NCBI GenBank assembly: GCA_964396725.1
Contig: CAYNFZ010000002.1
Span: 1-29,332, forward strand
Direction: 5' to 3'
Length of the DNA: 29,332 bases
Source: an uncultured Pseudomonadales bacterium
GTDB taxonomy: Bacteria > Patescibacteriota > Microgenomatia > UBA1400 > CAYNFZ01
Each line of letters opens with the position of its first letter. The first letter of the stretch is position 1. The notes under the pieces were generated by a model. That model was not told the origin of the DNA, did no database searches, and saw only the letters and a list, made by a program, of their open reading frames with translations. A program made the translations under genes and the position numbers. Shown here in pieces: positions 24,252 through 29,332 of the stretch.

Positions 24252-25469
24252 ATGAAACGCAACTGGTGGACTGTAGTTGTTTTGGTGGCAGTGATTATGT
24301 CTGCCATGGGGGTAATGGCCCAAACGGATGAGTTTGTGTTTGGGGTGGTGTTGGTTGGTCCGCGCAATGATCATGGCTGGAGTGAGGCGCATTTCGTGGC
24401 GGGTGAGTATGTGGAAGAACTGGTTGAAGATACTCGCATGGTCTTTTTTGAAAGCCTAAACCCAGCGGATGCTCCGGAAACCACACTGGAGCAGGTGGTG
24501 GAAGAAATGATTGCGGAAGGAGCGCAACTGATCTTTACTACCTCGGATGAATTTGAAGAAGACACGCTGGCGGTGGCTGAGAAGTATCCTGAAGTGCTGT
24601 TTGTGAATATTTCAGGGGATGATGCCCTAACTGGTGAAGCTCCCGAAAACCTGAGTAACTTGATGGGAGCGATGGAATGGGGCAAAGAGATCGCCGGATG
24701 TGCTGCGGCCTTGGCCACTGAAACTGGGAAGATCGGCTATTTAGGACCGCTGATTAACTTCGAGACCCGGCGATTGGCTTCGAGTGCGTATCTGGGAGCC
24801 CGCTACTGCTACGAGAATTACCGGGGGTTGGATCCGGATGAGCTGGAATTCACAGTAACCTGGATTGGGTTCTGGTTTAACATCCCCGGCTTTACCCTGG
24901 ATCCAACTGAGGAGACCCAGCGTTTCTATGACCAAGGAACGGATGTGGTGATTAGTGGCATTGATACCACTGAAGCCCTGGTGGTCGCGGGGCAACGGGC
25001 CGAAGAAGGTGATGCTGTCTGGGCCGTCCCCTATGATTTCGAAGGAGCCTGTGGCGAAGCTCCTGATATTTGCTTGGGTGTCCCCTACTTTAACTGGGGG
25101 CCTGGATATACGCGTCTGGTGGAAGATGCTATGTCTGGAGACTGGGAGCAGAGTTGGGTTTGGGATACGCCCGACTGGGATGGCCTGACAGATAACGATA
25201 AGACTGCTGTAGGCTGGTTCAGCGGGGGTGGCTTGGACGAAGAGCAGCTATCCCAGATTGACGAGTTCATCTCTTTCCTGGCCGAGCAAGACTCTGGGAA
25301 TATCGTCCCGGAAACTCTTGATGATTTTGGTTTGGGCTTGTGGGTTGGGCCGCTGAACCTTCAAGATGGAACCGTGCTGGCTGAGGAGGGGGAAGTGGTG
25401 TCGGCGCGCGACGTCTGGTATCTGCCGCAGTTACTGGCGGGTATGACGGGTGATAGTTCGGCACAGTAA
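24252..25469 (+). CDS. BMP-family (PnrA/TmpC-like) purine-nucleoside-binding protein
   Basis: VLVGPRNDHGWSEAH, LIFTTS, KYP.V.F...SG, GKIGYLGP, WIGFWF.P, DVV...IDT. Sec signal with no lipobox Cys. Start reassigned to 24252 (GGAG SD). Confidence 0.92.
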   Translation: MKRNWWTVVVLVAVIMSAMGVMAQTDEFVFGVVLVGPRNDHGWSEAHFVAGEYVEELVEDTRMVFFESLNPADAPETTLEQVVEEMIAEGAQLIFTTSDEFEEDTLAVAEKYPEVLFVNISGDDALTGEAPENLSNLMGAMEWGKEIAGCAAALATETGKIGYLGPLINFETRRLASSAYLGARYCYENYRGLDPDELEFTVTWIGFWFNIPGFTLDPTEETQRFYDQGTDVVISGIDTTEALVVAGQRAEEGDAVWAVPYDFEGACGEAPDICLGVPYFNWGPGYTRLVEDAMSGDWEQSWVWDTPDWDGLTDNDKTAVGWFSGGGLDEEQLSQIDEFISFLAEQDSGNIVPETLDDFGLGLWVGPLNLQDGTVLAEEGEVVSARDVWYLPQLLAGMTGDSSAQ

Positions 25470-25489
25470 TAAGCTTGATGATAAATAAC

Positions 25490-25547
25490 GGGGAGAGACA
25501 GCTGAGTCTGGCAACAGGCTTATGACTTGGTTTCTCCCCTTTTTCTT
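25490..25547 (+). terminator. Terminator-like long hairpin after the BMP gene
   Basis: GGGGAGAGAC (25490-25499) pairs with GUUUCUCCCC (25530-25539), inner CUG(GCAA)CAG GNRA hairpin, then UUUUUCUU. Confidence 0.7.
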
Positions 25548-25569
25548 GGAGTGAAGGTGGTGGGGTACA

Positions 25570-27081
25570 ATGATGGGAATGAAAAAGATATTGAGTGGGA
25601 GGGAAAAGTGGGGATGGATACTGCTGGTGATTGTAGGTTGGTGGTTGGTGACGGTGCCGGTGACGGATGCGGATCTGGGGTGGCATTTGATGACGGGGAA
25701 GTATGTGTGGCAGATGAAGGCGATACCTAGAGTTGATGTGTTTTCGTATAGTTTGCCGGGCCATTCATGGGTGGTACATTCGTGGTTTTATGATGTGATT
25801 TTGTGGGGTATGTATAGTCTTGGGGGAATGTGGGGAGTGGCAACTTTTCTTGAGTGGTTGGTGGTTGGGGCGGTGGGAGTGATGTATTTGATTGCACGAG
25901 AGTTGGTGAGGGATAAGTGGGTGGCTCTTTTGGTTTTGATAATGGTACCGGCAATGATGGAGTTTGTGGGTTTGCGAAATCACGGGGTGACTTTGCTGGG
26001 GCTGACGGTGGTATCGTGGTTGTTTGTAAGGAATCAAGAATCGAACAAAAAAGAAAAGTCTTGGAACGCATGGCTGAGGGAAAGTGGGTATTGGATACTG
26101 TTGCCGACGTTTTGGCTGTGGGCAAATATGCATGCTGGAGTGGTGATGGGTTGGGGATGGTATGGAATGTGGATAGTGACGGAGATGATGGTGTGCTGGT
26201 GGAAAGAAAAGCGAGTGAAGTGGTGGGAGGTGAAGCGAAAGCTGGGGGTGGGAGTGGTTTTGATGGGAGTGAGTTTGGTGAATCCATATGGTGTGAATAT
26301 TGTGCGGTTTGCGCAGAGTTTGGCTGCGAGTCAAGCTAGTAAGTTGTACAACCAAGACTGGTTGCCGTTGTTGTCGAGCCGATTGCCGAGGGAAACGATT
26401 GGGTTGCGCTGGGGACTGGTATTGATGGTGTTATTGGTGGTGATGGCGGTGAAGGAAAAATGGAGAGAGAGAATATTGGTATTGGCGAGTCTAGGAATGG
26501 CGTTGCTCTCCGTGCGGTATAGTTTGTTGGTGTTGGTGGGATTGTTGCCGATGATTCCCGTTGTAGTAGAGGAAATGCTAGATAAAGTAAGGTGGGTAGC
26601 GAAGGAAAAGCGGAGAGGGTGGTTGGTGTTGGGAATACTCACGGTTTTGGTGGGAGGAAATATGGATGGAGTAAAAAGAGGAATGTGTGCAGCGGGATCG
26701 AACGAATGTTTGGCTAGGGAGGGAAGTTTTCCATTGGGGGCAGTTGAGTATTTGAAAAAGATGGGGGGGGAGTTGGAAATTGTGAATCATTATACCTGGG
26801 GAGGATATTTGATGTGGCAATTACCCCGAGCTAAGGTGTTTATCGATGGGCGGATGGACAACTTCGAGGTGGATGGAAGAGCGTGGATCGAAGTGTTTGC
26901 GGATATTGAGTCGATGCGGCCAGGTTGGGAAAAGTGGCTGGAAATGAAGGGTGGAAACGTGGTGTTGATACCGAGTGATTGGTCATTGGGGAAAGTTTTA
27001 GTCGATAGTGGAGAATGGGGGGTGGGATATGAAGATAAAATAAGTGTGGTACTGGTGAAAAATGAGGTGGTAGATGATTGA
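25570..27081 (+). CDS. Polytopic membrane protein, GT-C-fold glycosyltransferase-like
   Basis: TDADLGWHL.TG in the first outer loop, W..HSW.YD, LWANMHAG, VNPYG, HYTWGGYL.W, VFIDGR.D. About 11 or more TM segments. Confidence 0.7.
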   Translation: MMGMKKILSGREKWGWILLVIVGWWLVTVPVTDADLGWHLMTGKYVWQMKAIPRVDVFSYSLPGHSWVVHSWFYDVILWGMYSLGGMWGVATFLEWLVVGAVGVMYLIARELVRDKWVALLVLIMVPAMMEFVGLRNHGVTLLGLTVVSWLFVRNQESNKKEKSWNAWLRESGYWILLPTFWLWANMHAGVVMGWGWYGMWIVTEMMVCWWKEKRVKWWEVKRKLGVGVVLMGVSLVNPYGVNIVRFAQSLAASQASKLYNQDWLPLLSSRLPRETIGLRWGLVLMVLLVVMAVKEKWRERILVLASLGMALLSVRYSLLVLVGLLPMIPVVVEEMLDKVRWVAKEKRRGWLVLGILTVLVGGNMDGVKRGMCAAGSNECLAREGSFPLGAVEYLKKMGGELEIVNHYTWGGYLMWQLPRAKVFIDGRMDNFEVDGRAWIEVFADIESMRPGWEKWLEMKGGNVVLIPSDWSLGKVLVDSGEWGVGYEDKISVVLVKNEVVDD

Positions 27082-29008
27082 TAAGCTGTTGCTAGCCGGG
27101 GTGGGAGTAGGGTTGTGGATGATGGGAGGTTGGTGGTGGAGTCAGCTGTGGACTAAGGGAATGAAAAGTGTAACGGGTTGGGAGAAGTGGGGTTGGGGGT
27201 TAGTGTGGTCCTTTTTGGGTCTGCCGTGGTTGGTATATATGATGCAGCAATTGGTAGGACTTAGAATTGGAGAGGCGACAGTGTGGGTAATAATGATTAG
27301 TTGGAGTGGGGTGGCGGGTTTGATGGTGAAAATGCAGGGTGGTGAGGTGGTGCCGAGAGTAGGATGGAGGAAATGGAGATGGTTGGAGATGGCGGCGTTG
27401 GGTATAGTGGTGGTGTTTGGAGTGATGGCGGTGATGAAGGTGTGGGTAGAGAATAGGCCCTTGGTGGGAGCCGATAGTGGCTTTTATTTGGAAAAGAGTG
27501 CGGAGGTGGTAAGAACGGGAGAGGTAAGGGGGGGGTTTGATAGGAGTGTAGTGCTAGTCATGCCGGTGGTGATGTCTATACTGATGGCCGTGTCGGTGGA
27601 AGCTGGGCTGAAATGGATGATAGTGGTAGAAGTGGTGATGTTGGGGGTGATGGTGAGGATGGTGACAAAGAGGGTGATAGAGGAAAAGTGGGCGGTGGTG
27701 GCGATGTTGCTGGCTTTGGTGTCGTGGGGTCTGTGGCGGATGAGTTGGGATTTGCATGCAATGATGTGGGGAATAATGGGGCAACTGATGGTGGTGTGGT
27801 GGTTGTTGGTGGGCTTGAAGGAACCAAAGAAATGGCGGTGGGTACTGATGATGACTGGTTGGTTTGGAGGAGTGCTGTTTAATCTTCATGGAATCGTAGC
27901 TTTTAGTAGTGTGTTGGTTTGGGTGAGTTTGGCGGTCTGGCTAGGTTGGCAGACAAGATCAAGGTGGTGGGGGCGGTGGAGGCGAGTTGGAGGTGGGTTG
28001 GTGCTGGTGAGCGTGATGTATGTGGTGGCGGGTTACCCCCTAGTATGGAAGGGTTGGGAGTCGGCGGTGCAGGGAGTGGTGTGGCCGTTGAAACAGAAGT
28101 TTGGGCGAGTAGCAGACGTGGAAAAGAAGAGTGAGGCGGTGGTAGCGGCCACGAGTGGGGCGAAGGTGGAGATACAAGCAGCTGGTTTTGAGGGTTTGGG
28201 ACAAGAAAAAAAAAGTTGGAATTGGGCAGATTTTCCGCTGAAAAAGAGAGAGTTTTTGAATCAATACCATTGGAGCTGGTTGGTGGTGGTGGGGTGGGGT
28301 TTACTGATGGTAAGGAAGGGTGTGGATAAGAAGTGGGTGAAGAAAGTGGAAGCAGGAAGTGTGGTTTTGATTGGATTGGTGACTTTTTTGTTGACTCAAC
28401 AAGAGTTTTTAGGCTTGAGATGGTATAGCGCTAGATTTGTGATGATGTTATTACCGTGGTTGGTGATAATAGTTGGAGTGGGGCTGGCGGGGATAGAAAA
28501 ACAGTGGAGAAGGAAACGATTGAAGAGGTGGCGATGGTGGATGGCGATATTGGTGGCTGGACTGGTGATGGCTGAGTGGCGGGTGACGAGTGAGTTTTTG
28601 AAGGGATACAGAGCTACTATCGATGATGGTGAGTACGAATTTTACGGGCAAATTGGTGAGATTGTGGATGGGGAAGCACCTGTTTATGTGGCGAGTACGC
28701 AGCCGAGGTGGGCACCGGGATTGAATCCTAATGTGAATGTGGAGGTGGTGCGAGCGGATGCGATGTGTCAAGAAAGAAGTGTGAGAGACAAGATCGGAGA
28801 GGAGAGGTGGAATTTGGGTAGGGCGTTTTGGCAAGGCACCGACGAGATGGTGTCGGTGGCGATACTGGATGAATTGAGTGGAGGTGGAGATTATTTTGTG
28901 GTAGCGGATGGGAGAAGTCAGTGTGTGAAGGTAGAGTTGTTTGAAGGGGAGGAGTATGTGGTGTTGAATCGATACGGCGAGTTGGTGTTGGTGAAGAGAG
29001 TTAGATGA
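27074..29008 (+). CDS. Polytopic membrane protein, probable GT-C-like
   Basis: Many TM helices, a GADSGFYL acidic loop motif and a soluble C-terminal domain. Overlaps the upstream gene by 8 nt. Confidence 0.6.
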   Translation: MIDKLLLAGVGVGLWMMGGWWWSQLWTKGMKSVTGWEKWGWGLVWSFLGLPWLVYMMQQLVGLRIGEATVWVIMISWSGVAGLMVKMQGGEVVPRVGWRKWRWLEMAALGIVVVFGVMAVMKVWVENRPLVGADSGFYLEKSAEVVRTGEVRGGFDRSVVLVMPVVMSILMAVSVEAGLKWMIVVEVVMLGVMVRMVTKRVIEEKWAVVAMLLALVSWGLWRMSWDLHAMMWGIMGQLMVVWWLLVGLKEPKKWRWVLMMTGWFGGVLFNLHGIVAFSSVLVWVSLAVWLGWQTRSRWWGRWRRVGGGLVLVSVMYVVAGYPLVWKGWESAVQGVVWPLKQKFGRVADVEKKSEAVVAATSGAKVEIQAAGFEGLGQEKKSWNWADFPLKKREFLNQYHWSWLVVVGWGLLMVRKGVDKKWVKKVEAGSVVLIGLVTFLLTQQEFLGLRWYSARFVMMLLPWLVIIVGVGLAGIEKQWRRKRLKRWRWWMAILVAGLVMAEWRVTSEFLKGYRATIDDGEYEFYGQIGEIVDGEAPVYVASTQPRWAPGLNPNVNVEVVRADAMCQERSVRDKIGEERWNLGRAFWQGTDEMVSVAILDELSGGGDYFVVADGRSQCVKVELFEGEEYVVLNRYGELVLVKRVR

Positions 29009-29028
29009 GGAGAGAATGAGCGGGTAAT

Positions 29029-29331
29029 TTATTCTTGATTCTGAGGGCGGTATTGAAGGGCTTCGGCCAAGTGCATGGTTTTGATGATGGAAGAATTGGC
29101 AAGATCGGCGATGGTACGGGAGAGTTTGATGACTTTGTAGTAGGAGCGGGCAGAAAGGTTCATGGTGGAAGTGGCTTGGGCTAGAAGAGCCTGGGCTTGT
29201 TTTTCGAGGGGACAGAAGCGTTTGAGTTGGCGAGAAGTGAGTTCGGCGTTACAAGTGGTGTGAGAGCGGTGGAAGCGGAGCTGTTGTAAATGGCGGGCTT
29301 TCTGGACTCTTTGTTTGATGGATGAAGATGA
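29029..29331 (-). CDS. comM: ComM/YifB Mg-chelatase-like ATPase, C-terminal fragment (5' part outside the window); not in the ORF track
   Basis: Hand-translated as ...SIKQRVQKARHLQQLRF...CNAELTSRQLKRFC...LSARSYYKVIKLSRTIADL...HLAEALQYRPQNQE*. Confidence 0.9.
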   Translation of the reverse strand, partial: SSSSIKQRVQKARHLQQLRFHRSHTTCNAELTSRQLKRFCPLEKQAQALLAQATSTMNLSARSYYKVIKLSRTIADLANSSIIKTMHLAEALQYRPQNQE

Positions 29332-29332
29332 T

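Noticed and set aside
1018-28834. Dozens of antisense and alternate-frame ORFs of 60-210 aa in the track
   Set aside because: They are nested in well-supported genes and have low-complexity P/S/T/H or G/V/E composition, as expected from the strand skew depleting stop codons.
652-29031. Alternative genetic code (TGA read as Gly or Trp, as in some CPR lineages)
   Set aside because: Conserved genes are intact under code 11, and several (gltX, cca, mgtE) end at TGA at the expected length.

Overview
A gene-dense bacterial chromosomal segment in standard genetic code. Its gene content and style (DUF3048/DUF4446, a compact AspRS, many orphan membrane proteins, extreme G-over-C strand skew) suggest Patescibacteria/CPR, probably Microgenomates; this is inference, not a database result. 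Housekeeping genes are gltX, a D-Ala-D-Ala carboxypeptidase, aspS, recJ, a CCA-adding enzyme, MgtE- and CorA-type Mg2+ transporters, secD/secF, an M29 aminopeptidase, a HAD phosphatase, rdgB, a phosphoribosyltransferase, two GT-C-like membrane proteins and the 3' end of a ComM/YifB ATPase. I saw no rRNA, tRNA, CRISPR array or transposase. The most interesting signals are in the non-coding gaps. (1) Upstream of aspS is a T-box riboswitch with an ultrashort Stem I showing an Asp codon (GAC) in its apical loop, a UGGC T-box bulge matching tRNA-Asp (G73), and an SD-sequestering helix. This is the actinobacterial ileS-type translational architecture, here reading Asp and controlling an AspRS fused to a YbaK/ProX editing-type domain. 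(2) Back-to-back with it is a trp-style leader-peptide attenuator (MNNWHY...) in front of an orphan gene. (3) A second MNN-starting leader with terminator and antiterminator precedes an apparently horizontally acquired pair, an exported nucleosidase and an orphan BMP nucleoside-binding protein. Several genes under 60 aa missing from the ORF track were also found (an AbrB-like protein, a pilin-like micro-ORF and the leader peptides).
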